From Candidatus Latescibacterota bacterium (GTDB lineage: Bacteria > Latescibacterota > UBA2968), in the NCBI GenBank assembly GCA_965207885.1, contig OZ242311.1, positions 1,984,001 to 2,048,000 on the forward strand: 64,000 bases of DNA, read 5' to 3'. The notes beneath the pieces were generated by a model. That model had not been told where the DNA came from, ran no database searches, and saw nothing but the letters and a program-made list of their open reading frames with translations. A program made the translations under genes and the position numbers. Numbering within the stretch: position 1 is the stretch's first letter; every line of letters starts with the position of its first letter. This document shows positions 40,411 through 50,355 of this stretch, piece by piece.

Positions 40411-43400
40411 TTAAGGACGTTTGATCCCCAGTTTTTTCATTTTGCCATACAGGGTAGAAGGCGGTAATCTTAGCAGTGCCGCTGCGCCCCTATTCCCGCT
40501 TATCTGATAGTTGGCGATTTTGAGCACTTCGAGAATATAGTGTCGCTCATATTCATCCAAAGGCACGACTTCGCGGTCCTGAGAAACTGTCACGGTGCGC
40601 CTTTTAGGATCAAGATCCGGACCTGTGATTCGGAAACCATACAGTCCTAGATCACCCACTTCGATTTGAGAACCGCGACACACGATGACGGCTCGCTGTA
40701 TCGTATGTTCCAGTTCCCGCACATTGCCAGGCCAATCGCAGGCTTGCAACACCTCGATAACCTCTGGCGTCAAAGGGGCTATTTGCTTGCCCAAATGTGT
40801 GGCCATGCGATTTTTGAAAAACTCAGCGAGGTGCGGGATATCCTCCTTGCGCTCGCGCAAGGGAGGGAGATAGATTGGAAAAACCTGGAAACGATAATAC
40901 AGATCCTCGCGGAATGCTCCTGAACTGACCAGTTCCTCAAGATTGCGATTCGTCGCTGCCACAATGCGCGCCTGCACCGACAGCGTCTCGCTACCTCCAA
41001 CGCGCTCAAATGTACCCTCTTCCAGTAATCGCAACATCCTGACCTGTGTTTGCGGAGCCATATCGCTGACCTCGTCCAAAAAGAGCGTACCGCCCTTAGC
41101 CAGTTCTACCTTGCCCAATCTGCGAGACACTGCACTGGTAAACGCTCCCTTTTCGTGACCAAAAAGCTCACTGTCGATCAGCGTTGCTGGCAATGCTCCG
41201 CAGTTGACCTGTATAAAAGGTCCATCGCTATTGGGACTCTGCGCGTGTAACACCCGCGCAGCCAATCCCTTGCCTACACCCGTCTCGCCTATAAACAGCA
41301 CGGACAGATCAGTGGGTACTACCTTTCTAAGTTGGAATTGAAACTGTTGCAAAACCTCGCTCTGACCGATAAACTCGTTACTCCCCTGGTTATTGAGTGT
41401 CGCAGTCAGGCCCTCAATACGCGGATCTGGCTCTACAGAGAGTTGAATTTGCGCGATCTCTGAGTAATTGAGGTCGCGATCTATCGCTCTGACCTGAAAC
41501 GTGTACTCGCCCGGTGGCAAGTTCTGATAATGTGCCCTCATTTCTCGGGTCGCAGGCTGCCAGTTGGGGTCGTATCCCTTCAGGCGATAGATATAGAGCA
41601 TGTCGCGGGGATGGGTAGAAAAACTCAGGCTCTTGTATTCAAAAATTACATCTTGATCCATCGTAGAGACGATGTCTTCCTTCGGGTTCTCATAGACCTG
41701 ACCAGCGACAACTTGAATCAGGCGAATCATGGGCGGCGTCTTTCGCAGGCGGTAGCGCACCAGCGTGTTTTGGGCTGTACCGAAATAGAAGGCGCCATCG
41801 CGGTCTTCGAGTATTTTAAGCACCGGTCCTATGTGCGGTGATTTGATGGTCTGGAAAAGCTGGCCATCGTAGTGAACTACGCCGCCGTCTGTGCCGAGCC
41901 AGAGGCGACCTTGAGAGTCCTCAAGCAAGCAATGGATGCGGTTGTTCGGCAAACCGTCTTCAGTCGTGAAGGTCTGGAAGGTGCTACCATTAAAACAGGC
42001 AAGACCGCCCTGGGTCGCCACCCACAGGTTGCCATGGCGGTCTAATAGCAGGTCACTGACCCTGTCATTGATCAGCCCGTCTTCAACCCCGTAAAATTTG
42101 AGGTCATCTTTGGGATGCCAGCGTGCGAAGCCCTTGTCGATGTCAGAGAAATGTTGATGAGCGAGATAAAAATAGACCTCGCCATTGCGCCCGGTAATCA
42201 CAGTACCGATGTAGCTGAAAGGATCCTTATTTTTATCTTTTACAATAATGGTTTGGAACTGCTCACCCCGCTGACAAGTGAGTCTCAAAGGACTGGCAAA
42301 AAGTGCTCTTTTTTCTTTGTCTTTTTTATTTTCCCAATGACCGAAAAGAAATTGCCCTTCCCGATCCTGGGCAATTGCACAAACACTGCTTGAACCTGCG
42401 GTTGTTTGCATTTTTTTTATCTTCTGCCCATCGTAGCGGAATAAGCCATTGATGCCGCCAAACCACAGATACCCGTCGTGGTCTTCGTAGATGGCAAAAC
42501 AGTTATTGATATCAAAATCATCCTCAGGGCCTATCAGGTCAATGGCCTCCCCATCAAAGCGAAAGACGCTATTGCTTTGATATGTAAAAACAGGAGACAC
42601 AGACCCCACCCATATATCACCGCGACTGTCTTGCACGATCTGCGAGACCTCACTCACGCTTTCAGAAGCCCTTGCACTGAAGTCGAAAACGCTGATACTA
42701 TGCGCATCGTAAAGACCGACACCACCCCACGTAGCAAACCAATACTGATGTTCGCGATCCTGGAACACGGCTTTGACTGCGGGATGGGGCAACCCATCGG
42801 GAGGCGTAAACTTGCTGAACCCATCACCGTCCTGATAGAGCACGCCTTCTGAGGTGCAAAACCACATCCGACCTTCTCGATCGCATTGAATTTTGCGCAG
42901 TGGACTACCCAAATCTACCTGAACAGGCTGGAAATTGCCATCGGCATAGCACCAGAGTTCGTTCTGATGTCCACGTTGACCAAACCACACCTTACCGGTA
43001 TCGTCCTGCCCCACCGCATAGCTTATATCGACTGTGGGAACCCCCTCTTTCTCTTCATAGCGATGGAAGGAAGTGCCATCAAAGCGAATGAGGTGGTTAA
43101 AGCCAAACCACAGGTGGCCTTTCGGGTCCTGGGCAATGCCCCGACACTGTTTACGACGAAGTAGCGGCTCGTAGTGCTTAAGATAGAGCGGCATCAGGTC
43201 GTGGAACACAGTCCCGTCGTAATATCCCAGGGTCCTGTGACCGCCACACCATATACGCCCCTCACGATCTTCGTAGATGAACTGCACAGCGCGGCCTGCG
43301 ATCCCCTCATCTTCCAAATGATGGAAATTTGTCCCATCGTACCAGCAGACCCCATTTCGTGTACCAAACCACAACCGATCACGTCTGTCCTTTTGAACAA

Positions 43401-43605
43401 AATAAATACTATCATTAATAAGACCGTCCTGTTGCGTAAAATTTCGAAACTCGTCTCCATCAAAGCGACTAACGCCGTTATCACAGGTGGCGAACCAGAG
43501 ATAGCCCGCGCTGTCTTCGGCAATGTGTTCAATGCGCATCCCGGCCAGACCATCGGCTATAGAATAAGTCCGCCAGGTGCCTTTGCGGTTAAGTGATTGG
43601 ATCAT
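40411..43605 (-). CDS. Sigma54-dependent activator 1: Reg_prop beta-propellers + Y_Y_Y + AAA+ + Fis-type HTH
   Basis: Repeated DGL..V..I.ED..G.LWF; [24 protein letters not shown]; [37 protein letters not shown]; [10 protein letters not shown]. Confidence 0.92.
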   Translation of the reverse strand: MIQSLNRKGTWRTYSIADGLAGMRIEHIAEDSAGYLWFATCDNGVSRFDGDEFRNFTQQDGLINDSIYFVQKDRRDRLWFGTRNGVCWYDGTNFHHLEDEGIAGRAVQFIYEDREGRIWCGGHRTLGYYDGTVFHDLMPLYLKHYEPLLRRKQCRGIAQDPKGHLWFGFNHLIRFDGTSFHRYEEKEGVPTVDISYAVGQDDTGKVWFGQRGHQNELWCYADGNFQPVQVDLGSPLRKIQCDREGRMWFCTSEGVLYQDGDGFSKFTPPDGLPHPAVKAVFQDREHQYWFATWGGVGLYDAHSISVFDFSARASESVSEVSQIVQDSRGDIWVGSVSPVFTYQSNSVFRFDGEAIDLIGPEDDFDINNCFAIYEDHDGYLWFGGINGLFRYDGQKIKKMQTTAGSSSVCAIAQDREGQFLFGHWENKKDKEKRALFASPLRLTCQRGEQFQTIIVKDKNKDPFSYIGTVITGRNGEVYFYLAHQHFSDIDKGFARWHPKDDLKFYGVEDGLINDRVSDLLLDRHGNLWVATQGGLACFNGSTFQTFTTEDGLPNNRIHCLLEDSQGRLWLGTDGGVVHYDGQLFQTIKSPHIGPVLKILEDRDGAFYFGTAQNTLVRYRLRKTPPMIRLIQVVAGQVYENPKEDIVSTMDQDVIFEYKSLSFSTHPRDMLYIYRLKGYDPNWQPATREMRAHYQNLPPGEYTFQVRAIDRDLNYSEIAQIQLSVEPDPRIEGLTATLNNQGSNEFIGQSEVLQQFQFQLRKVVPTDLSVLFIGETGVGKGLAARVLHAQSPNSDGPFIQVNCGALPATLIDSELFGHEKGAFTSAVSRRLGKVELAKGGTLFLDEVSDMAPQTQVRMLRLLEEGTFERVGGSETLSVQARIVAATNRNLEELVSSGAFREDLYYRFQVFPIYLPPLRERKEDIPHLAEFFKNRMATHLGKQIAPLTPEVIEVLQACDWPGNVRELEHTIQRAVIVCRGSQIEVGDLGLYGFRITGPDLDPKRRTVTVSQDREVVPLDEYERHYILEVLKIANYQISGNRGAAALLRLPPSTLYGKMKKLGIKRP

Positions 43606-43839
43606 AAAAATCCCCATGATACAGGTAAAAATTTAGTTCATAGTGGGGCTCCTTTCTAACTACTGAGAAGGTAACCGCCAAAACGATGCTGTTGCCGAAT
43701 TAGTCAAGAGGGAGTCTGCGGTTGGAAAAATGGCTATTTGTGGCCTGAATGCAGGCTCTGTAAGCCCTATGTTTAGTTGTATTGAGATAGAATTCGGAAT
43801 TCGGCAACAGCATCCAAAACGGGTCAAGTCCACTAACAC

Positions 43840-44163
43840 TTACAAGTCCTCGACTCTTTCGTACTCATTACGGGCACGACGTAATAATCCCGTCTTCTTA
43901 GTATCAACGACAGGACGAGTTTCCACATTATTCGTAACGGACATTGCCAAAGCCACAACCCATCCAATAAACGTCCATCCAAGAAATAAATTGATTACCA
44001 GGATGGAGGCTCGGTTTCTATGGTATCGAAAAAACGCAGTAATTGCCGGAGCGAAGTAAAGTGCCAGTAAGAGCACCAAAATAAACTGACCCATCCCGGT
44101 ATTTAACAAAGTGTCCCTGAGATCTGACAAGGCTAAATACAACATTAATAAGTCATAATACAT
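43840..44163 (-). CDS. Superinfection immunity protein (T4 Imm-like)
   Basis: LYFAPAI.AFFR.HRNRASILVINLFLGWTFIGWVVAL signature. Confidence 0.8.
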   Translation of the reverse strand: MYYDLLMLYLALSDLRDTLLNTGMGQFILVLLLALYFAPAITAFFRYHRNRASILVINLFLGWTFIGWVVALAMSVTNNVETRPVVDTKKTGLLRRARNEYERVEDL

Positions 44164-44220
44164 ATCTAATTTCTCATCGTGTAGTTTGATAAGAAATAAA
44201 CCGACAAGCCTTTAACATCA

Positions 44221-44383
44221 AAAAGAGTGGGTTATGGTTTGCTGGACCATTCCTGCTCTATATGTTGCGGCAGAAGGCCACAGGCTGACTACCAATCCGA
44301 CTGGGACCTTTTGACGTTTTTGCTGAGAAATATCACGGCTGATTCTCTGAGCATCAAAACAGTTCAAATTTTGGGTCACATAT
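44221..44383. repeat. Structured leader element copy E (no adjacent AAGGAGG)
   Basis: aaaagagtgggttatggtttgctggaccattcctgctctatatgttgcggcagaaggccacaggctgactaccaatccgactgggacc. Confidence 0.9.
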
Positions 44384-44409
44384 TCTTCTTTGCGAAATAA
44401 CTCTAAACT

Positions 44410-44427
44410 ATGCAATATCCGTGCCAA
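44410..44427 (-). promoter_or_regulatory. Sigma54 -24/-12 promoter
   Basis: Minus strand TTGGCAC-GGATA-TTGCAT. Confidence 0.88.
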
Positions 44428-44439
44428 AGTGATTTTTCA

Positions 44440-44576
44440 CAAGATAATTTTAATCATAACGTGTTATTTATGTTGAATTAATTAAAAGAGGAGATATATA
44501 AATCAGTCTGAAATTTTATATTCTCAATCACCATATATCGCGATATTTAACCATATATGATGATTGCCGATATTAA
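44440..44576. promoter_or_regulatory. IHF-like tract plus putative UAS directly after the activator 2 stop codon
   Basis: Palindrome atatcgcgatat and two ccatatat repeats; homologous to 36820-36955. Confidence 0.6.
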
Positions 44577-44582
44577 CAGAAC

Positions 44583-47500
44583 TTAAGAGAATTTGATTCC
44601 CAGTTTTCTCATTTTGCCATACAGGGTAGAAGGCGGTAGTCCCAGCAGTACCGCTGCTCCCCTATCCCCACTTATCTGATAGTTGGTGATTTTGAGTACT
44701 TCGAGAATATAGTGTCGCTCATATTCGTCCAAAGGCACGACTTCGCGGTCTTGAGAAACTGTCACGGTGCTCCTCTTAAGATCAGGAGTCGGGCCTTCGA
44801 TTCGCAAACCATGCAGTCCGAGATCCCGCACTTCGATTTGCGAACCGTGACACACGATTACGGCTCGCTGTATCGTATGCTCCAGTTCACGCACATTGCC
44901 AGGCCAATCGTAACTTTGCAATACCTTTATAACTTCTGGCTCGAGGGGAGCTATTTGTTTACCCAGGTGTGTAGCCATGCGATGCTTGAAAAACTCAGAT
45001 AGGTCCGGTATATCTTCCTTGCGCTCGCGCAGTGGAGGTAGAAGAATTGGAAAAACCTGGAAACGATAATACAGATCCTCGCGGAAAATACCTGTGCTAA
45101 CCATATCCTCCAAATTGCGATTCGTCGCAGCCACAATGCGCGCCTGTATCGATAGTGTCTCGCTACCTCCAACGCGCTCATAAGTGCCCTCTTCCAGCAA
45201 GCGCAACATCCTGGCCTGTGTTCCCACAGCCATATCGCTGACCTCGTCTAAAAAGAGCGTGCCGCCCTTAGCCAGTTCTACTTTGCCCAGCCTGAGAGAC
45301 TCTGCGCCGGTAAACGCTCCTCGTTCGTGACCAAACAGTTCACTATCGATCAGCGTTTCAGACAGTGCACCGCAGTTGACCTGTATAAAAGGTCCATTAC
45401 AATAGTGACTCTGTGCGTGTAACACCCGCGCAGCCAATCCCTTGCCTACACCCGTCTCGCCTATAATTAGCACCGTTATATCAGTGGGTGCTACCTTTCT
45501 GAGCCGGATCTGAAATTGTTGCAAAACCTCGCTCTGACCGATAAACTCGTTATCCCCCTGATTATTGAGTGTCGCAGTCAGGCCCTCAATACGCGGATCT
45601 GGCTCTACCGAGAGTTGAATCTGCGCCATCTCTGAGTAATTGAGATCACGGTCTATCGCTCTGACCTGAAAGGTGTAGTCTCCCGGTGGCAAGTTCCGGT
45701 AGTAGGCCCGCGTCTTTCGTGTCGCAGGCTGCCAGTCGGGGTCGTATCCTTCAAGACGATAGACATAGAGCATGTCGCTGGGATGGGTGGAAAAACTCAT
45801 CCCCTTATACTCAAAAGTCACCTGTTGGTCTGTCGTAGAGCCGATGCCTTCTTTCGGGTTCTCATAGACCTGATCGGCGACAACTTGAAGCAGACGCACC
45901 CTGGGCGAGGTCTGTCGCAGGCGATAGCGCACCACCGTGTTTTGTGCTGTGCCAAACCAGAAAGATCCATAGCGATCTTCGAGTATTTTGAGCACCGGTC
46001 CTATGTGCGATGACTTGATGGTCTGGAAAAGCTGGCCATCGTAGTGAACCACGCCGCCGTCTGTGCCAAGCCAAAGGTGGCCTTGCGAATCTTCGAACAA
46101 ACAACGGATGGCATTGCTCGGCAGACCATCTTTAGTCGTAAAGTTGTGGAAGGTACTGCCATCAAAGCAACTGAGACCTCTTTGAGTAGCGACCCACAGG
46201 GTGCCATTGCGGTCTTCTATAAGATCGGTGACTCTGTCATCTATCAGTCCGTCTTCAACCTCGTAAAATTTGAGGCCATCTTCGGGATGCCAGCGTGCGA
46301 AGCCCTTGTTCGTGTCGGAGAAATTTTGGTGGATGAGATGAAAATAAACCTCGCCATTGCGCCCGGTAATCACAGTGCCAATGCGGCTGTAAGGATCTTT
46401 ATCTTTTTCCTCTGAAAAAATGGTTTGGAACTGCTCACCTTGCTGACAAATGAGTCTCAATGGGTGGACAAAAAGGTATCTTCTTCTCTTTTTATTTTCG
46501 TTTTCCCAATGACCAAAAAGGAATCTCCCTTGCGAATCCTGATCAATTGCACAAATACTGCCTGAACCTGCGGGTGTTTGCATTTTTTCGAGCTTCTGCC
46601 CTTCGTAGCGAAACAAGCCATTGACGCCGCCAAACCACAGGCATCCATCACGGTCCTCGTAGATGGCAAAACAGTTGTCTATATCGCCATCTTCAGTGCC
46701 TACAAAGTCAAAGTGTTCGCCATCAAAGCGAAAAACGCTTTTCTCCAGACGGTTGAGAAAAGGAGCGGCATATCCGATCCATATATCTCCTCGCCGATCT
46801 TGTACGAGTTGTGAGATTTCACTTACTTCTCTGGATAATTTCGCACTGAGGTCGAAAACGCTGATACTCTGTGCATCGTAGAGCCCAATACCTCCCCAGG
46901 TGGCAAACCAATACTGATATTCGCGATCATGGAATACAGCTTTGACCGCGGGATGGGGCAGGCCATTGTCAGAGGTAAACCTGTTGAACCCATCACCATC
47001 CTGAAAGAACACGCCTTGTGACGTGGAAAACCACATTCGACCTTCACTATCACACTGAATTTTGCGCAGTGTGCCCTCCAAATCTACCTGAACAGACTGA
47101 AAGGAGCCATCTGCATAGCACCAGAGTTTATTTTCGTATTCGCGATAGCCGATCCACACCTTACCGGTATGGTCCTGCCCCACAGCATAGCTCGTCAGAA
47201 TGCGTGGCGGAAACCCCTCTTCCTCTTCATAGCGATGGAAGGATTGACCGTCAAAGCGGATGAGGTAGTTAAAACCAAACCACAGGTGGCCTTTCGGATC
47301 CTGGGCAATTCCCCGGCACTGGTTGGACCACTGTGGTGAAGGAGGTTTCTCGTAGTGCTGAAGATAGAGTGGGATCAGGTCGTGAAACACAGTGCCGTCG
47401 TAATATCCCAGAGTGCGATGACCACCACACCATATACGCCCCTCACGGTCTTCGTAGATGGACTGCACGGCACGGCCTGCAATCCCGTCATCCTCCAGAT

Positions 47501-47786
47501 AGTGGAAATCTGCTCCGTCATACCAGCAGACCCCATTTAGTGTACCAAACCACAACCGATCACGATTGTCCTGTAAAACAAAATGAACGCAGTCATCCAC
47601 AAGACCATCCTGTCGCGTAAAATTCTGAAACTCATCTCCGTCGAAGCGACTGACGCCGTTGTCCCAGGTAGCGAACCAGAGATAGCCTTCGCTATCCTCG
47701 GCGATGTGTTCAATGCGCATCCCGGCCAGGCCATCGGCTATAGAATAAGTCCGCCAGGTGCCCGTGCGATCAAGTGATTTGAGCAT
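44583..47786 (-). CDS. Sigma54-dependent activator 2: Reg_prop propellers + Y_Y_Y + AAA+ + HTH
   Basis: Paralog of 40411-43605 with canonical GAFTGA. Confidence 0.92.
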   Translation of the reverse strand: MLKSLDRTGTWRTYSIADGLAGMRIEHIAEDSEGYLWFATWDNGVSRFDGDEFQNFTRQDGLVDDCVHFVLQDNRDRLWFGTLNGVCWYDGADFHYLEDDGIAGRAVQSIYEDREGRIWCGGHRTLGYYDGTVFHDLIPLYLQHYEKPPSPQWSNQCRGIAQDPKGHLWFGFNYLIRFDGQSFHRYEEEEGFPPRILTSYAVGQDHTGKVWIGYREYENKLWCYADGSFQSVQVDLEGTLRKIQCDSEGRMWFSTSQGVFFQDGDGFNRFTSDNGLPHPAVKAVFHDREYQYWFATWGGIGLYDAQSISVFDLSAKLSREVSEISQLVQDRRGDIWIGYAAPFLNRLEKSVFRFDGEHFDFVGTEDGDIDNCFAIYEDRDGCLWFGGVNGLFRYEGQKLEKMQTPAGSGSICAIDQDSQGRFLFGHWENENKKRRRYLFVHPLRLICQQGEQFQTIFSEEKDKDPYSRIGTVITGRNGEVYFHLIHQNFSDTNKGFARWHPEDGLKFYEVEDGLIDDRVTDLIEDRNGTLWVATQRGLSCFDGSTFHNFTTKDGLPSNAIRCLFEDSQGHLWLGTDGGVVHYDGQLFQTIKSSHIGPVLKILEDRYGSFWFGTAQNTVVRYRLRQTSPRVRLLQVVADQVYENPKEGIGSTTDQQVTFEYKGMSFSTHPSDMLYVYRLEGYDPDWQPATRKTRAYYRNLPPGDYTFQVRAIDRDLNYSEMAQIQLSVEPDPRIEGLTATLNNQGDNEFIGQSEVLQQFQIRLRKVAPTDITVLIIGETGVGKGLAARVLHAQSHYCNGPFIQVNCGALSETLIDSELFGHERGAFTGAESLRLGKVELAKGGTLFLDEVSDMAVGTQARMLRLLEEGTYERVGGSETLSIQARIVAATNRNLEDMVSTGIFREDLYYRFQVFPILLPPLRERKEDIPDLSEFFKHRMATHLGKQIAPLEPEVIKVLQSYDWPGNVRELEHTIQRAVIVCHGSQIEVRDLGLHGLRIEGPTPDLKRSTVTVSQDREVVPLDEYERHYILEVLKITNYQISGDRGAAVLLGLPPSTLYGKMRKLGIKFS

Positions 47787-48002
47787 AATAAAACCTTATG
47801 ATACAGGTGAAAATTTTAGTTCACATCGGATAACACATCACGACTATAAACCCTTCTTAATCTATGTATTTTCATAACCAAATTTTAAGGAAAATGTTGC
47901 GATTTACGAATCTCTTTCCCTGAAGAGTTGAACTGAAACAATCTGGTTTTTCATCATATTATTACCTCTTGATTTTTGAATTTTAAAACTATACATTTAA
48001 AA

Positions 48003-48101
48003 ATAGAGTGGGTTATGGTTTGTTGGACCATTCCTGCTCTGTATGTTGCGGCAGGGGGCCACAGGCTGACTACCAATCCGACATGGCCTTCTGCCGTTTT
48101 T
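48003..48101 (+). ncRNA. Element copy F: candidate ~100-nt two-hairpin sRNA with its own promoter and U-tract
   Basis: TTGATT-N17-TACATT at 47969-47997 just before stem 1; cggcagggggcca/tggccttctgccg pairs fully with G-U, followed by ttttt; homology with the other copies ends right after. Confidence 0.5.
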
Positions 48102-48199
48102 GCTGCAATGAAAAAATAAAATAAATTTGTGTTTTTTTAATCTGATACTAAATAAAGTAAAAGTCAAGATTTTCTATATTGTTACCCGTTTTTTATGAG

Positions 48200-48232
48200 A
48201 AAAGGGCGCGTTCAAAACGCGCCCTTATTTTT
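48200..48232. terminator. Intrinsic terminator downstream of the PIG-L gene
   Basis: aagggcgcg-ttcaaaa-cgcgccctt flanked by A and T runs. Confidence 0.65.
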
Positions 48233-48242
48233 GTCCGTGGAT

Positions 48243-49061
48243 TTAAAAAAAGGGGAAAAGTTTTGGGATGTTGTCATTTGTGAGCGCGCTGCCGTATTCA
48301 CAGCCTTCAAATGCTTCGGCATATTGGACTTTTGAGCCGCGTTCTTGTCCGTAGTATTTGATCAATAGATCGCGATAGCGATCCGCTACGGTGTGAAATT
48401 GATTGAGGCGATGCCGCAACCATTCGCGGCGGTTTTGTGGGGATTCGGGTACCTGATTGAGGTGGCCCGCGTTAAAGGGCAACCATTCGTACATTTGCGA
48501 TGTGTGGCAGTGTAGCATGTCGAGTTTTTTGTCGATGACATCGTCTATGGCTATGACGACATCGGGAGAGAAAGGTTGCGGTTTTTGGAAGTTGTCGCTC
48601 AGGTACGCGATGACGGGGTTGTACGACAGGGCGGGGGTGTCTGTGCAGATGTTGGGCACGGTGACCATGTATGCCGAGTCCTGGACGAGGATGGATGTGT
48701 AGCGGTGATCGGGATGGTAGTCGTTGGGGCGATGGGTCAGGAGGAGGTCCGGCGTATAGTTGCGAATCAGGCGGATAATTTTTTTGCGATTTTCAAGGGT
48801 GGGTTCAAGTTCGCCGTCGTGGTTGTCGATTACGTGGTATTCAATGCCAGCGACTGCACCTGCTGCCTGGGTTTCGGCGCGGCGGCGACGGGCGAGTTCA
48901 ACGCCGCCAATTTCGTGATGGCCCGCGTCGCCGTTGGTGACAGAGACAAATTTTACCTCGTGCCCGAGGTTTGCGTATTTGATGGCGATGCCGCCCGCTT
49001 TGATATCGCAATCGTCGGGGTGGGCGCCAAAGACGATGATTTTCAGGGAGTGATTGTTCAT
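48243..49061 (-). CDS. PIG-L family deacetylase
   Basis: GAHPDD, TNGDAG, DYHPDH, HTSQ. Confidence 0.92.
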   Translation of the reverse strand: MNNHSLKIIVFGAHPDDCDIKAGGIAIKYANLGHEVKFVSVTNGDAGHHEIGGVELARRRRAETQAAGAVAGIEYHVIDNHDGELEPTLENRKKIIRLIRNYTPDLLLTHRPNDYHPDHRYTSILVQDSAYMVTVPNICTDTPALSYNPVIAYLSDNFQKPQPFSPDVVIAIDDVIDKKLDMLHCHTSQMYEWLPFNAGHLNQVPESPQNRREWLRHRLNQFHTVADRYRDLLIKYYGQERGSKVQYAEAFEGCEYGSALTNDNIPKLFPFF

Positions 49062-49070
49062 GGTAGTTCC

Positions 49071-50255
49071 TCAATTCGAAGGGTTTTCATTTTTTCCATG
49101 CAGGCGATAGAGGCCCACACCGCAGGCGAGTGCGCCGAGACAAAATAAGACGGAGATGCCAAAGGGCCAGATGGGTCCTCCGTCGATGAGTTTGCCGCCG
49201 CCGAGGCTGCCGGAGAGCATGCCCAGGCTCCAGGCGAGGTGGGCAGCGCCCACGACGCGGCCTTTTTCGTCTTCGCGGGCGATCAATTGTATGAGGCCCG
49301 GCATGGTGGTTGAGAGAGACCAGGCTGAGGCGGTTGCGAGAATGCCAAAGACGTAGATGCCAGTAAGGGTGTGCGCGGTCAGGGCGAGGCCGAGGGCACT
49401 GATGGCGACGAGTGACGCGGAGACGAGGATGGGACGCCAGCGCCCAATGCGGTCGCAAAGCCGACCGGTAAGTACCTGAAAACAAGCTGCGATGATCAGG
49501 CTGATGGCACTGTAATTCGTGGCTGCGGTGCTGGTGCCCGCAATGCGAAAGATGAGCAGGGGCAAGAGCAGGGTGACGGCACCCCAATAGCTGGTGGGCA
49601 GGTAGCGGATGCCCAACAGGAGGCACACGTCGAGACGGCGGAATAGTTGAATGAGTGCGGACAGGTTGCGACCATTGTCGGCAGATTTTGGCGAGGGTAT
49701 CGCAGGGAGGATCAGGATGCTCATCAGGACGAGTACTACCCCTGCGAGTGTGATGCAAAAACCGAGGGTTTGAAATCCGAATGCATCGGCGATGGGACCA
49801 GAGAGAAAATTTCCCGAAGCAGAGCCGAGGGTGTTGCCGAGGAAATAACCGGCTGATGCGATGCCGATGACAGAGGATGGGGCTGCGCTGATGAGATAGC
49901 TTTGTCCTCCGGCGCTGTTAAATCCAGAGGATATGCCGATGCCGGTACACAGAGCAGTCAGGAGGAGGGGATCGCCGCTGTAAAAAATAACGCCGGCGAG
50001 AATAGGTCCCAAGGTGCCGAGGACGTAAACGGGTTTGACGCCCCAGGTATCGGCAAGGCGGCCCGCAGGCACGGCAAAGACACCGCCTAAAATGAGAAAT
50101 GCTGCGCGCAATCCCCCGGAAAAGAGGGGCGTGCCGAGCAGGTCTGCTTCGACATATACGGGGAGGAGTGTGTTGAGCGGGGCAGAGACAAAGCTGCTGA
50201 AAAAAGAGACTATGAGCAGGGCGATGAAACGGCGATTGAGGAGTTCGGAGTACAT
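49071..50255 (-). CDS. MFS transporter
   Basis: About 12 TM segments; GRLADTWG and GRLCDRIGR motif A. Confidence 0.9.
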   Translation of the reverse strand: MYSELLNRRFIALLIVSFFSSFVSAPLNTLLPVYVEADLLGTPLFSGGLRAAFLILGGVFAVPAGRLADTWGVKPVYVLGTLGPILAGVIFYSGDPLLLTALCTGIGISSGFNSAGGQSYLISAAPSSVIGIASAGYFLGNTLGSASGNFLSGPIADAFGFQTLGFCITLAGVVLVLMSILILPAIPSPKSADNGRNLSALIQLFRRLDVCLLLGIRYLPTSYWGAVTLLLPLLIFRIAGTSTAATNYSAISLIIAACFQVLTGRLCDRIGRWRPILVSASLVAISALGLALTAHTLTGIYVFGILATASAWSLSTTMPGLIQLIAREDEKGRVVGAAHLAWSLGMLSGSLGGGKLIDGGPIWPFGISVLFCLGALACGVGLYRLHGKNENPSN

Positions 50256-50280
50256 TTTTTAAGTTTTTTTATTTTCGCCC

Positions 50281-50311
50281 TTGACTCTCCAGTTACTGGA
50301 AGGTGTATATT
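50281..50311 (+). promoter_or_regulatory. MerR-type promoter with 19-bp spacer and dyad operator
   Basis: TTGACT-ctccagttactggaaggtg-TATATT; dyad tccagt/actgga. Confidence 0.8.
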
Positions 50312-50355
50312 GTCCTTTGAAGGCCTTCTACACCCGTATCACATGGAGAGAATCC

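Noticed and set aside
31346-48105. Six-copy element as CRISPR repeat, integron attC, hammerhead ribozyme or c-di-GMP riboswitch
   Set aside because: Spacing is gene-sized; no RYYYAAC/GTTRRRY ends or integrase; no CUGANGA/GAAA core; no GEMM GGCAAAC..GAAA..GACGCAAAG motif.
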